Below are positions 1 through 9,226 of a stretch of DNA of 64,000 nt, one piece after another (within the stretch, counting starts at the first letter, position 1; every line of letters begins with the position of its first letter). The stretch lies in NCBI GenBank assembly GCA_964628025.1, contig CAZVLL010000005.1, forward strand, positions 667-64,666, written 5' to 3'. Position numbers and translations under genes: made by a program. Below the pieces are notes generated by a model that saw nothing but the letters and a program-made list of their open reading frames with translations, did not search any database and had not been told where the DNA came from. This stretch comes from an uncultured Syntrophaceae bacterium. GTDB lineage: Bacteria > Desulfobacterota > Syntrophia > Syntrophales > UBA2192.

Positions 1-1436
1 TCCGCAATCGCGGCGTCCATTTCCTTCGCAATGTCCAGCAAGTGCGCGCCCTTCTTGATGCCCAGCTTGCGCCCCACCAGGTCGAGGGCCTGGATCCCGT
101 TGGTTCCTTCGTAGATCTGGGTGATCTTGCAATCCCGCATGTACTGCTCCACGGGGTACTCGGCGCAGTACCCGTATCCCCCGTAGACATCGATGGCCGT
201 TGAGCAGACCTCCAGGGCCCGGTTCGTCACGTAGGCCTTGCAGACGGGGATGAGCAGGTCCGCCCGGTTTGCATAGCGCTGCCGATCCTCTTTTGTCGCG
301 GCGGCCTCCATCATGTCCTGACAGTAACTTGTATAGTAAAGCAGCGCCCGGCAGCCCTCGACGTGGGACTTCATCCAGAGAAGCTGGCGCCGGATGTCGG
401 CGTGGCGGATGATCGGCACCTGCGGGGCTTCTGGGTTCTTGAACTCGAATATTTCGGATCCCTGGAGGCGCTGCTTGGCGTATTCCACAGCGTGCTCGAA
501 TGCCGCCGTGGCCGTCCCCTGCCCCTGGAGCCCCACCTCGATCCGGGCCTCATTCATGAGATGGAACATGACCTTCATGCCGTCGCGCTCCTTGCTGAGC
601 AGCTCGCCGATGCACTTTCCTTCCTCGCCGAAGATGAGCATGGCCGTGGCCGAGCCCTTGATGCCCATCTTGTGCTCGATGCCGCCTGTGGTCACGTCGT
701 TGGACGGCCCGAGGCTCCCGTCGGCCTTCACGCGGAACTTGGGCACGACGAAGATCGAGATGCCCTTCGTCCCGGCCGGATCCCCCTCGATGCGGGCGAG
801 CACCGCGTGGATGTTGTTCGGCGTGAGATCGTGATCTCCGCTGGAGATGAAGATCTTTGTGCCCTGGATGCTGTAGGTTCCGTCGGGCAGACGCTTGGCC
901 GTTGTCTTCAGGGCGCCCACGTCGCTCCCCGCGCCGGGCTCGGTGAGGCACATGGTGCCCCCCCATTCACCGGTGTACATCCTCTCCATGTACTTCTTCT
1001 TCTGCTCCGCCGTTCCGTAGCGATCAATGAGCCCGGCCGCGCCGTTGGTGAGTCCCGGGTACATGATGAGAGGGTAGTTTGCGGCCTGGAAAAACTCGTA
1101 GCAGGCCTGGGCGACGGCATTGGGCATGCCCTGGCCACCCGATTCCACGCTACGCATGCAGCTGAGCCAGCCGGCCTCGCAAAATTTCTTGTAGGCGTCG
1201 TGGAAGCAGGCCGGCACCTTGACCCTGCCCTTCTCGAAGGTGCAGCCTTCCTTGTCGCCCTTCTCGTAGGTGGGCAGAAGAACCTCGACGGCCAGCTTCT
1301 CGGCCTCGTTGATCATCATGTCCACGGTTTCCTTGTTGTACTCGGCATACTTCTCGGTCTCGAAGAGCTTTTCGATCCCGATTTGCTCATAGAGCAAAAA
1401 CTTCTGATCCCGCGTGTTCACCAGCATGTTACCCAT
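1..1436 (-). CDS. acyl-CoA dehydrogenase, long form (C-terminus cut by window edge)
   Basis: Manual minus-strand translation from ATG at 1436, with GGGAGG upstream, gives MGNMLVNTRDQKFLLYEQ... ACAD-type segments are present: GGTMCLTEPGAGSD, KIFISSGDHD, ITQIYEGTNGIQALDLVGRK. The ORF is open to nt 1, so it is missing from the ORF track. Confidence 0.85.
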   Translation of the reverse strand, partial: MGNMLVNTRDQKFLLYEQIGIEKLFETEKYAEYNKETVDMMINEAEKLAVEVLLPTYEKGDKEGCTFEKGRVKVPACFHDAYKKFCEAGWLSCMRSVESGGQGMPNAVAQACYEFFQAANYPLIMYPGLTNGAAGLIDRYGTAEQKKKYMERMYTGEWGGTMCLTEPGAGSDVGALKTTAKRLPDGTYSIQGTKIFISSGDHDLTPNNIHAVLARIEGDPAGTKGISIFVVPKFRVKADGSLGPSNDVTTGGIEHKMGIKGSATAMLIFGEEGKCIGELLSKERDGMKVMFHLMNEARIEVGLQGQGTATAAFEHAVEYAKQRLQGSEIFEFKNPEAPQVPIIRHADIRRQLLWMKSHVEGCRALLYYTSYCQDMMEAAATKEDRQRYANRADLLIPVCKAYVTNRALEVCSTAIDVYGGYGYCAEYPVEQYMRDCKITQIYEGTNGIQALDLVGRKLGIKKGAHLLDIAKEMDAAIA

Positions 1437-1467
1437 AAATATTGCCTCCCTGTTTCTCTTGGAGTCG

Positions 1468-2139
1468 CTATTGATTCTGGTTCGACCTCAGCCCGCTAAT
1501 GAATGTCTCGAGACCGCCCCGGACATTGGAGCGGACCCGTTTTTCCCGTGCCTCTTCCCTGCCGCTGAAGAGATGCAGGGCGATAATGCCGTTGAGAAGG
1601 CCCCACAGGGCGTTACGGCAGATCCTCACGTCGAGTTCCTGCGGAAATTCTCCGCGTTCGATGCCCATCTGGAGCATCTGCTCGATGATGCTGACGGTCT
1701 GATTGGTAGATCGGACGATGTGATCATTAATATTGGGGGTGAAGTGGACCGCGTTGTGCTGGATCATGAAGTTCATGAAGATCCGGAACAGCTCGCGGTC
1801 GCTGATGAAGAATGCTGCGTAAGCTTCGGAAAACTGACGAAGATTCTCCGAGGCGCTTTTCGACGTGTCCAGCAGAGTCTCCACCCGTTCGTGGAGCTTG
1901 TCGATGTCGCGAAGCAGGATCTGCGCGTAGATCTCTTCCTTGCTCTTGAAGTAAAGATAGATCGCCCCCTTGCTCAACTCGGCGCGCCGGGCGATGTTTT
2001 CGACCGTAACGGAACGGAATCCCTTCTCGAAGAATTCCTTCCTCGCGGCACGGAGGATGGCGCTTCTCCGCTGCTCCTTCTCCCGCTCTCTTCTGCGCGT
2101 CGCTCTCAAGGTCCCCTCCCTGTCGTTTGTTCCATCCAA
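1468..2139 (-). CDS. TetR/AcrR family transcriptional regulator
   Basis: 223-aa ORF. The N-terminal HTH segment AILRAARKEFFEKGFRSVTVENIARRAELSKGAIYLYF is the TetR_N signature. It lies directly upstream of the acyl-CoA dehydrogenase and is co-oriented with it. Confidence 0.85.
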   Translation of the reverse strand: MDGTNDREGTLRATRRREREKEQRRSAILRAARKEFFEKGFRSVTVENIARRAELSKGAIYLYFKSKEEIYAQILLRDIDKLHERVETLLDTSKSASENLRQFSEAYAAFFISDRELFRIFMNFMIQHNAVHFTPNINDHIVRSTNQTVSIIEQMLQMGIERGEFPQELDVRICRNALWGLLNGIIALHLFSGREEAREKRVRSNVRGGLETFISGLRSNQNQ

Positions 2140-2462
2140 AGACCGGAACCGCCTTGTGAATGATGGTCACTTACTGACCGATGGTCATCAATACACGCCG
2201 GTTCCTCCCCTGTCAAGAGAAAAAACAGTTTCCCTGTTTTTCCCGGGGTTGGCCTGCTTCCGTGAGGAACATTGGTCACCGTCGCCACGTCAATCTTAGC
2301 TGTTGACGTTGCCGGTCGCCCTGTGTTATCAACCCTAAGATTTAACAGGCTGTTACTCTTTTTTTTGCGGGTATCTTGCCGATTCTTGCTCAGGGCGGGT
2401 ATCGGCCGGTGGATCGTTCGTCCGCGAAGGAGTGACCCGCTTTCGAAAAACAGGAGGACGCC

Positions 2463-2828
2463 GTGACCCTGAAAGACGTGAAGGATATTCTGGAGGCCGA
2501 GGTTCTTGTCGGCAACGACCAACTGGAGAAAGTCGTAAGAACCGCCTTTGCCGCCGATCTCATGAGCGATGTGCTTGCCTTTGCCAAACCGGACAGCCTC
2601 CTGCTCACAGGGCTGACAAACCCCCAGGTCGTGAGGACGGCCGACATCCTGGATATCACTGCGATCATCATGGTCAGGGGGAAAAAGCCCTCGGAAGAAA
2701 CCGTCAAGCTCGCCGAGGAGTTGAAGATCCCCATCCTTTCCACGAGATACATCCTCTTCGAAACATCGGGGCGCCTGCATGCCAAGGGAGTCACGGGATG
2801 CATTGAAAGGGTCGGCGGCGAGACATAG
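2463..2828 (+). CDS. DRTGG-domain protein (small regulatory protein of hydrogenase loci)
   Basis: 121-aa ORF with a GTG start 6 nt after AGGAGG. The segment ADLMSDVLAF...LLLTGLTNPQVVRTADILDITAIIMVRGKKP fits the DRTGG fold family. It is the first gene of the + strand hydrogenase cluster. Confidence 0.6.
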   Translation: MTLKDVKDILEAEVLVGNDQLEKVVRTAFAADLMSDVLAFAKPDSLLLTGLTNPQVVRTADILDITAIIMVRGKKPSEETVKLAEELKIPILSTRYILFETSGRLHAKGVTGCIERVGGET

Positions 2829-2830
2829 AA

Positions 2831-3301
2831 ATGCGGGAGGCGCTGAAATTCGAAAAAACCTTCGATGTGGAGGGCGGGAGCTTTCAGAACGCGGGAAACG
2901 TATCGGGCCAGATTAAGAGCATCCTGAAAGAATTGGGCGTTTCGACCGACATCGTGCGGAGAGTCGCCATCATCTGCTACGAATCGGAGATCAACATCGT
3001 CTCCTATGCCAAAAAGGGCAAGATCTCCCTGGCCGTGACCGATGAGTCGGTGAAAATAACAACAAAGGACGAAGGGCCGGGAATCCCCGACATTGAGCTC
3101 GCCATGAAGGAAGGATACTCCACAGCAACAGCCGTTGTGAGGGAAATGGGGTTCGGTGCAGGCATGGGACTGGCGAACATCAAGAAATACTCCGATCATC
3201 TCATCATCACCTCCGAAGTGGGCATCGGGACGAGTGTGACGATGACGGTAATGAATTTTCAGAAGCTTCTTCATCCCGACCTTCCGCCGGTAACGATGTA
3301 A
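2831..3301 (+). CDS. GHKL/HATPase_c-type ATP-binding protein (anti-sigma-factor Ser/Thr kinase-like)
   Basis: 156-aa ORF beginning 3 nt after the previous stop. It carries DEGPGIPD and GFGAGMGLANIKK segments typical of the Bergerat ATP-binding fold of SpoIIAB/RsbW-like kinases. Confidence 0.6.
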   Translation: MREALKFEKTFDVEGGSFQNAGNVSGQIKSILKELGVSTDIVRRVAIICYESEINIVSYAKKGKISLAVTDESVKITTKDEGPGIPDIELAMKEGYSTATAVVREMGFGAGMGLANIKKYSDHLIITSEVGIGTSVTMTVMNFQKLLHPDLPPVTM

Positions 3302-3374
3302 TCAGGAAGGGACCGGGTCCCGCTGAAGGAACCGGGACAAGCACCCCGGCTGAACGAAACAGGAAGGATTGTAC

Positions 3375-3710
3375 ATGCAGATTGACGCTCTCGTTCGTGA
3401 ATTGAACCTCAAGGTCCGTTGCGCCGAGGGTCACCTCAAAAGGGATATCCGGGGGGGCTATGTGGGAGACCTCCTCAGCGACGTCATGGCCAACAGCAAG
3501 GAGGGCGATATCTGGATTACCCGCCAGGTGCACCAGAACATCGTCGCCGTGGCAAGCCTCAAGGACCTCGCGGGGATCATCCTCATCCAGGGCAGCGAAC
3601 CCGCACACGACACAGCCGCAAAGGCCAATATGGAGGGCATCCCCATCTTGGTCACGGATCTTCCGGCCTTCGAAATTGTGGGCAAAATATATGAATTGAT
3701 CAAGTCATGA
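3375..3710 (+). CDS. DRTGG-domain protein (second copy)
   Basis: ATG at 3375 lies 6 nt after AGGAAGGA; the track's TTG start at 3369 is less likely. GDLLSDVMANSKEGDIWITRQVHQNIVAVASL...IILIQG parallels the first DRTGG protein. Confidence 0.6.
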   Translation: MQIDALVRELNLKVRCAEGHLKRDIRGGYVGDLLSDVMANSKEGDIWITRQVHQNIVAVASLKDLAGIILIQGSEPAHDTAAKANMEGIPILVTDLPAFEIVGKIYELIKS

Positions 3711-3720
3711 AATTGTAGTA

Positions 3721-3756
3721 AAGGAACGGGCCGGAAAGGGACGTTCCTTTTTTTTT
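3721..3756 (+). terminator. intrinsic terminator-like hairpin inside the hydrogenase regulatory cluster
   Basis: The stem AAGGAACG...CGTTCCTT is followed by a run of 8-9 T, located just after the stop at 3710. Confidence 0.6.
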
Positions 3757-3830
3757 GCGGGTTCGAAACCCATCTCCTGACGCGTGCAGAGACCCGGGGA
3801 AAACCGGAACAGCCCTCAAGGGGTTCCGCG

Positions 3831-4568
3831 ATGATCAGGGAGTTCCGTTGTGATTTTCACGTCCACACCTGCCTTTCGCCCTGTGCCGATCTCGACATGT
3901 ACCCTCGTGCGGTCGTCGCGATGTCGCTTGCGCGCCGCCTCGACATCATCGCCATCTGCGATCATAACGCATCCGAAAACGTCCCCTACGTCATCAAAGC
4001 CGCGGAAGGAACAGGGCTTACCGTCCTCCCTGGCATGGAGATCATGAGCAGCGAAGAGGTTCACATTCTCGCGCTCTTTGAAAAAACAGAGTACCTCCTG
4101 ACGCTGCAGGACCTCGTCTACCGGAACCTGCCGGGGATAAATGACGAGGAGATCTTTGGTTGCCAAGCCGTCGTCAATGAGCACGATGAGGTGGAAGGGT
4201 TGAGCGACCGGCTCCTCATCGGCGCGACACAGCTTCCCATTGAGAGGATCGTTACCGAGATTCACCGGTTGGGCGGGCTTGCCATCGCCGCCCACATCGA
4301 CCGGGAGAGTTTCGGCATTCTCGGACAGCTCGGGTTCATCCCCGACGGCCTCGATCTCGATGCCTTGGAGATCTCCCGCCGGACCGGGGTCGCCGCGGCG
4401 AGGCTCCGCTACCCCCAGCTTTCGCGATACGCGCTCCTCGAGAATTCCGATGCCCACGTCATCGCCGACGTGGGAAAAGGCATCTCTCGGGCTTTCCTGC
4501 AAGAGCCGACGCCGGCGGAGCTGAAGATGGCCTTTGAGAAAAAAGGCGGCCGCTACATCGTGGAGTGA
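3831..4568 (+). CDS. PHP-domain (polymerase/histidinol-phosphatase-like) metal-dependent phosphoesterase
   Basis: 245-aa ORF. CDFHVHTCLSPCAD...IIAICDHN...AAHIDRE matches the His/Asp metal-ligand pattern of the PHP fold. Confidence 0.7.
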   Translation: MIREFRCDFHVHTCLSPCADLDMYPRAVVAMSLARRLDIIAICDHNASENVPYVIKAAEGTGLTVLPGMEIMSSEEVHILALFEKTEYLLTLQDLVYRNLPGINDEEIFGCQAVVNEHDEVEGLSDRLLIGATQLPIERIVTEIHRLGGLAIAAHIDRESFGILGQLGFIPDGLDLDALEISRRTGVAAARLRYPQLSRYALLENSDAHVIADVGKGISRAFLQEPTPAELKMAFEKKGGRYIVE

Positions 4569-4572
4569 GCAC

Positions 4573-5121
4573 GTGCTGGAGCTGGCGCTTCACATCCTGG
4601 ACATCGTCGAGAACTCCGTCCGCGCCGGGGCGACCATCGTCCGTGTCCTCATCCGGGAATGCCGGTCGGAGGACCTCTTCCTGATGCGCATTACGGACAA
4701 CGGAAAGGGAATGACCCCCGAGGAACGCAGAAAAGCCCTGGACCCCTTTTACACGACAAAGACGGTCCGGCGGGTCGGCTTGGGTCTCCCCATGCTTGCC
4801 GACGCGGCGGCCAGGACGGGCGGAAAGATGACCCTGCGTTCTGAACCGGGCGCGGGCACGGTGGTCGAAGCCGTTTTCGGCTTGAGCCATATCGACCGGC
4901 AGCCGATGGGCAACATTACATCGACGCTGCTTACGATCCTCGTGGGCAACCCAGGGATCGATTTCACCTACAGTCACGAAGTGGACGGCAGGACGTACTT
5001 GCTGGACACGCGAGATATTAAAAGAGTTTTGGAGGATGTCCCGCTGAGTCACCCCGAAGTCACCGGCTTCATCCGTGAGCACATCACGGAGGGCCTGGGG
5101 GACGTCGGGGCGACGGCGTGA
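4573..5121 (+). CDS. GHKL/HATPase_c-type ATP-binding protein (second copy)
   Basis: In-frame GTG at 4573 lies just after the PHP stop; the track's ATG at 4534 would overlap the PHP gene. HILDIVENSVRAG...ITDNGKGM...GLGLPML are N-, G1- and G2-box-like motifs. Confidence 0.6.
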   Translation: MLELALHILDIVENSVRAGATIVRVLIRECRSEDLFLMRITDNGKGMTPEERRKALDPFYTTKTVRRVGLGLPMLADAAARTGGKMTLRSEPGAGTVVEAVFGLSHIDRQPMGNITSTLLTILVGNPGIDFTYSHEVDGRTYLLDTRDIKRVLEDVPLSHPEVTGFIREHITEGLGDVGATA

Positions 5122-5149
5122 TACCTTCCCGAGAGAGGAGAAAGGTTCC

Positions 5150-5635
5150 ATGAAGAACGGTTCACTCAAAGAGTTCTCCGCCGAACAGGTGGCGAAATTG
5201 GACGAGATCATCGCCCGCTACAAGGGAAAGCCCGGCGGACTCATCCCCGTGCTGGAGGAAGCCCAGGTCATTCTGGAGTATCTGCCCGTCCCGGTTCAGA
5301 GGAGGATCGCCGAGGGGCTGAATCTCCCGCTGGCGCAGGTCTATGGCGTTGTCACATTCTATTCCCTGTTCACCATGAAGCCGCGAGGGCGCCACACGGT
5401 ACGGGTCTGCCTCGGGACGGCCTGCTATGTCCGGGGAGGCAAAGCCATCGCGGAGAATATCGCGAAAGAGTACAACGTCGAGGAGGGCGAGACGACTGTG
5501 GACCGGCGCTTCACCTACGAGACGATCCGCTGTCTCGGCGCCTGCGGTCTTGCGCCGGTCATCGTGGTGGATGAAAGCGTCCACGGCCGGATAAAAACGC
5601 AGAAGCTGAAGTCGATCATGGAAGAGTACAAATAA
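5150..5635 (+). CDS. NuoE/HoxE/HydC-like thioredoxin-fold [2Fe-2S] subunit
   Basis: ATG at 5150 follows GGAGAAAGG. GGLIPVLEEAQ...VCLGTACYVRG...IRCLGACGLAPV is the NuoE 24-kDa-subunit Cys pattern. Confidence 0.85.
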   Translation: MKNGSLKEFSAEQVAKLDEIIARYKGKPGGLIPVLEEAQVILEYLPVPVQRRIAEGLNLPLAQVYGVVTFYSLFTMKPRGRHTVRVCLGTACYVRGGKAIAENIAKEYNVEEGETTVDRRFTYETIRCLGACGLAPVIVVDESVHGRIKTQKLKSIMEEYK

Positions 5636-5688
5636 AGACAGGATGTAGCGTGCCTGAATCCTTCAACCTGAAGCCAGAGGTAAGCAAG

Positions 5689-6072
5689 ATGTCGAAATTG
5701 AAGATCGAAGACCTGAAGAAGATCAAAGAGAAAGTCCATGCCCAGACGGCCCTTCGAGAGGGCGGGCAGCGGGCCAAGGTAACGGTCCACATGGGAACCT
5801 GCGGCATCGCCTCGGGCGCCCGCGAGGTGCTCGGCGCCCTCATGCGCGAGGTCGAAGAGTCGGCCGTGACGGACGTCATGGTCACCACCTCGGGCTGCAT
5901 GGGGCTTTGCAGTCGCGAGCCCCTGGTCACCATCGAGCTTGCGGGCAAAGAGCCCATCAAATACGAGAAGATGGACGAGAAGAAGATGCGCCAGGTATTC
6001 AAGCGCCACGTATTGGAAGGGGAGATCCAGACGCCTTTCGTGCTTGCGAAGGGAGCCGAGATCGTTCGCTAG
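5689..6072 (+). CDS. thioredoxin-like [2Fe-2S] ferredoxin (HndB-like)
   Basis: ATG at 5689 (MSKLKIEDLKKI...). VHMGTCGIASGA...TSGCMGLCSREP is the Cys pattern of (2Fe-2S) ferredoxin-domain proteins found in NADH-linked hydrogenase operons. Confidence 0.7.
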   Translation: MSKLKIEDLKKIKEKVHAQTALREGGQRAKVTVHMGTCGIASGAREVLGALMREVEESAVTDVMVTTSGCMGLCSREPLVTIELAGKEPIKYEKMDEKKMRQVFKRHVLEGEIQTPFVLAKGAEIVR

Positions 6073-6129
6073 GGGAGAGGGAAAACCCATTCCCTGCTGT
6101 TGAATTTTTCCAGGAAAGGATCCAGTTCA

Positions 6130-9100
6130 ATGAAAGTATTTCGATCGCATTTACTGGTCTGCGGAGGGACAGGCTGTCACGCAACCGGAAGCATCGCGGT
6201 CAAGAAAGCCCTTGTTGAAGAACTCAACAAGAAGGGCCTTGCCGAAGAGATCAAGGTTGTCGAGACGGGGTGCAACGGATTCTGCGCCATGGGCCCCATC
6301 ATGGTCGTTTACCCCGAAGGGATCGTCTACATGAACATTCAGACGGTCGATGTCCCCGTGCTCGTGGAAGAGCACTTTATCAAGGGACGCCCCGTCGAGA
6401 GACTGTTCTACAAGGAGCCGGGAAAAGAGGACCGGATCCCCTCGATGCAGGAGATCCCCTTCTTCGCGCTGCAGGACCTCCGCGTGCTCCGCAACCGCGG
6501 TCTCATCGACCCCGAGAACATCGAAGAGTACATCGCCCGGGACGGCTACGCCGGCATGGCCAAGGCGCTCACCGAGATGACGCCCGAGCAGATCGTCCAG
6601 GAAGTCCTCAAGTCAGGCCTGCGCGGCCGCGGGGGCGCCGGCTTCCCAACGGGACTCAAGTGGCAGTTCGCCCAGCGTTCGCCCGGGGACATCAAGTACG
6701 TCCTGTGTAACGCCGACGAAGGCGACCCCGGTGCCTTCATGGACCGCAGCGTCCTCGAAGCCGACCCACACGCGGTCCTCGAGGGGATGGTGATCGCTGC
6801 CAAGGCGATTGGTTCCGGGTTCGGCTACATCTACTGCCGCGCCGAGTACCCCCTTGCCATCCACCGTCTCAACGTGGCCCTCGGGCAGGCCCGCGAAATG
6901 GGTCTTCTCGGAAAGGACATCCTGGGAACGGGCTTCAATTTCGATATCGCGATCTACCAGGGCGCCGGCGCCTTCGTCTGCGGCGAGGAAACGGCGCTCA
7001 TGACCTCCATCGAGGGCAAGCGCGGCATGCCGCGCCCGCGGCCGCCCTTCCCTGCCGTGGCGGGCCTCTGGGCAAAACCCAGCGTGCTCAACAACGTGGA
7101 GACACTGGCCAACATCGGCCAGATCATGCTCCGCGGCGGTGAATGGTATGCCGGCGTCGGCACCGAGAAATCCAAGGGCACGAAAGTCTTCGCGCTCACG
7201 GGCGACGTGAACAATGTCGGTCTCGTGGAAGTGCCGATGGGAACCACGCTGGGAACGATCGTCTACGACATCGGCGGCGGCATTCCCGGCGGCAAGAAGT
7301 TCAAGGCCGCGCAGCTCGGCGGCCCCTCGGGCGGCTGCATCCCCGTCCAGCACCTCAACGCGGCCGTCGACTACGAAAAGGTTGCCGAACTGGGCGCCAT
7401 CATGGGCTCCGGCGGCCTCATCGTCATGAACGAAGACAAGTGCGCCGTCGACATGGCGCGCTTCTTCATGGATTTCTGCCAGGACGAGTCCTGCGGCAAG
7501 TGCATCCCCTGCCGTGAAGGGACGAAGCGCATGCTCGAGATCCTGACCAACATCTGCAAGGGCAAGGGCAAGGAAGGCGACATCGAGCTCCTGGAATCGA
7601 TGGCCATCGTCATCAAGGACGCATCGCTTTGCGGCCTCGGCCAGACGGCCCCGAACCCCGTGCTGTCGACCATCCGGTATTTCCGGGATGAATACGTGGA
7701 GCACATCCGCGACAAGAAGTGCCGCGCCGCCGTCTGCTCGGCCCTTTTCAAGTCACCCTGCCAGCACACCTGCCCCATCGGAATGGACATCCCGGCCTAC
7801 ACGGCGCTGATCCGCGACGACCGCCTGACGGACGCTTACTCCGTGCTTCTCAAGACGAACCCCTTCCCGTCGGCCTGCGGCCGGGTCTGCGACCACCAGT
7901 GCATGTCCAAGTGTCGCCGCGGCCTCTTGGACGAGCCGGTTTCCATCAAGTTCCTGAAACGCTACATCACCGACAACGCGCCGAGACCCGAGATCAAGCC
8001 TGTCCCGATGACCCGCAAGGAAAAAATCGCCGTGATCGGCGCGGGGCCCGCGGGACTCACCTGCGCACGGGATCTGGCGCTTCGCGGCTACGGTGTGAAG
8101 GTCTTCGAAGAGCTTCCCACCCCGGGCGGCATGCTCAGCTGGGGCATCCCCTCCTACCGCCTGCCGCGGGAGATCCTCGGCAAGGAAATCGACGACATCC
8201 GGAAGCTCGGCGTCGAGATCCAGTGCGGTGTCCGGGTGGGGTGTGACCTCCCCTGGGATGCCGTGAACAAGGATTTCGATATCGTCTACCTTGCGCCGGG
8301 CGCCCACAAGAGCCAGCGCATGGGTGTCGAGGGTGAGGACCTCAAGGGTGTCTGGGGCGGAGTCGAGTTCCTCCGCGACTACAACTTGAACGAGGCGGCC
8401 TGGAACGACGGCAAGAAATCGCTGGGCGCCAGGGTTGCCGTCATCGGCGGCGGAAACTCCGCCATCGATGCGGCTCGCACGGCACTCCGGCTCGGAGCCG
8501 AAGTAACCATCCTCTACCGGCGTCTCCGTGAGGATATGCCCGCCGCCGAGGAAGAAATCGTGGCGGCTGAGCATGAGGGGGTGAAGATCGAGTACCTCAT
8601 CGCTCCGCTTCGCATCGTCGGAACGGGCGGGCGCATCACGGGAATCGAGTGCTTGAGGCAAAAACTCGGCGACTTCGATTCGAGCGGGCGCAAACGGCCC
8701 GTGGCCATCAAGGGCTCCGAGTTCACCCTTGCCGTGGATACCATCATTGCCGCCATCGGCCAGACGCCGGATCTGACCTTCGTGCCGAAGGAAAGCGGTG
8801 TCTCCGTCAACAAGTGGTCCTGCTTCGACGTGGCCACCAACGGGTTCCGTTCCGGGACGACGAACCCGAAGTTCTTTGCCGGCGGCGACGCCGTCACGGG
8901 ACCCAGCACGGTCATCAAGGCCATTGCCGCGGGCCACGAGGCGGCCGATGACATCGACGCCGCCATCCGGAAGCGCAACGGCGAGCCGGCCTGGGTGCCC
9001 CCGACCGGGGAGGAGATCCAGATCCCCTTCGTCATCGACGAGGAAACGGAGGAATGCCCCATGGCCCACATGCCCGAACTGGAGGCCTCCTACCGGAAGG

Positions 9101-9189
9101 CAAACTTCCAGGAAGTCGAGCTTGGCTACGCCAGGGATCTCGCCGTGAAGGAGTCGACCCGCTGCCTGCGCTGTGACGTAGAGCTGTAA
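6130..9189 (+). CDS. NuoF/HoxF-like FMN/NADH subunit fused to a GltD/NfnB-like FAD/NADPH oxidoreductase module
   Basis: 1019 aa from ATG 6130. The N-terminal [2Fe-2S] domain has LLVCGGTGCHATG and CNGFCAMGP. The NuoF core has GLRGRGGAGFPTGLKW and ESCGKCIPCREG. From about nt 7730 there is a GltD-like part with CSALFKSPCQHTCP, ACGRVCDHQC, KIAVIGAGPAGLTCA and RVAVIGGGNSAIDAA. Confidence 0.85.
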   Translation: MKVFRSHLLVCGGTGCHATGSIAVKKALVEELNKKGLAEEIKVVETGCNGFCAMGPIMVVYPEGIVYMNIQTVDVPVLVEEHFIKGRPVERLFYKEPGKEDRIPSMQEIPFFALQDLRVLRNRGLIDPENIEEYIARDGYAGMAKALTEMTPEQIVQEVLKSGLRGRGGAGFPTGLKWQFAQRSPGDIKYVLCNADEGDPGAFMDRSVLEADPHAVLEGMVIAAKAIGSGFGYIYCRAEYPLAIHRLNVALGQAREMGLLGKDILGTGFNFDIAIYQGAGAFVCGEETALMTSIEGKRGMPRPRPPFPAVAGLWAKPSVLNNVETLANIGQIMLRGGEWYAGVGTEKSKGTKVFALTGDVNNVGLVEVPMGTTLGTIVYDIGGGIPGGKKFKAAQLGGPSGGCIPVQHLNAAVDYEKVAELGAIMGSGGLIVMNEDKCAVDMARFFMDFCQDESCGKCIPCREGTKRMLEILTNICKGKGKEGDIELLESMAIVIKDASLCGLGQTAPNPVLSTIRYFRDEYVEHIRDKKCRAAVCSALFKSPCQHTCPIGMDIPAYTALIRDDRLTDAYSVLLKTNPFPSACGRVCDHQCMSKCRRGLLDEPVSIKFLKRYITDNAPRPEIKPVPMTRKEKIAVIGAGPAGLTCARDLALRGYGVKVFEELPTPGGMLSWGIPSYRLPREILGKEIDDIRKLGVEIQCGVRVGCDLPWDAVNKDFDIVYLAPGAHKSQRMGVEGEDLKGVWGGVEFLRDYNLNEAAWNDGKKSLGARVAVIGGGNSAIDAARTALRLGAEVTILYRRLREDMPAAEEEIVAAEHEGVKIEYLIAPLRIVGTGGRITGIECLRQKLGDFDSSGRKRPVAIKGSEFTLAVDTIIAAIGQTPDLTFVPKESGVSVNKWSCFDVATNGFRSGTTNPKFFAGGDAVTGPSTVIKAIAAGHEAADDIDAAIRKRNGEPAWVPPTGEEIQIPFVIDEETEECPMAHMPELEASYRKANFQEVELGYARDLAVKESTRCLRCDVEL

Positions 9190-9226
9190 CCGAAACGGCA
9201 ACCCTTGAGAAAAGGAGAAGCGAGAG

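Noticed and set aside
363-1499. 378-aa + strand ORF
   Set aside because: It is antisense to the acyl-CoA dehydrogenase, which has clear family motifs. Its composition is Arg/Ala/Gly/Leu/His-rich with no motifs, typical of a high-GC shadow ORF.
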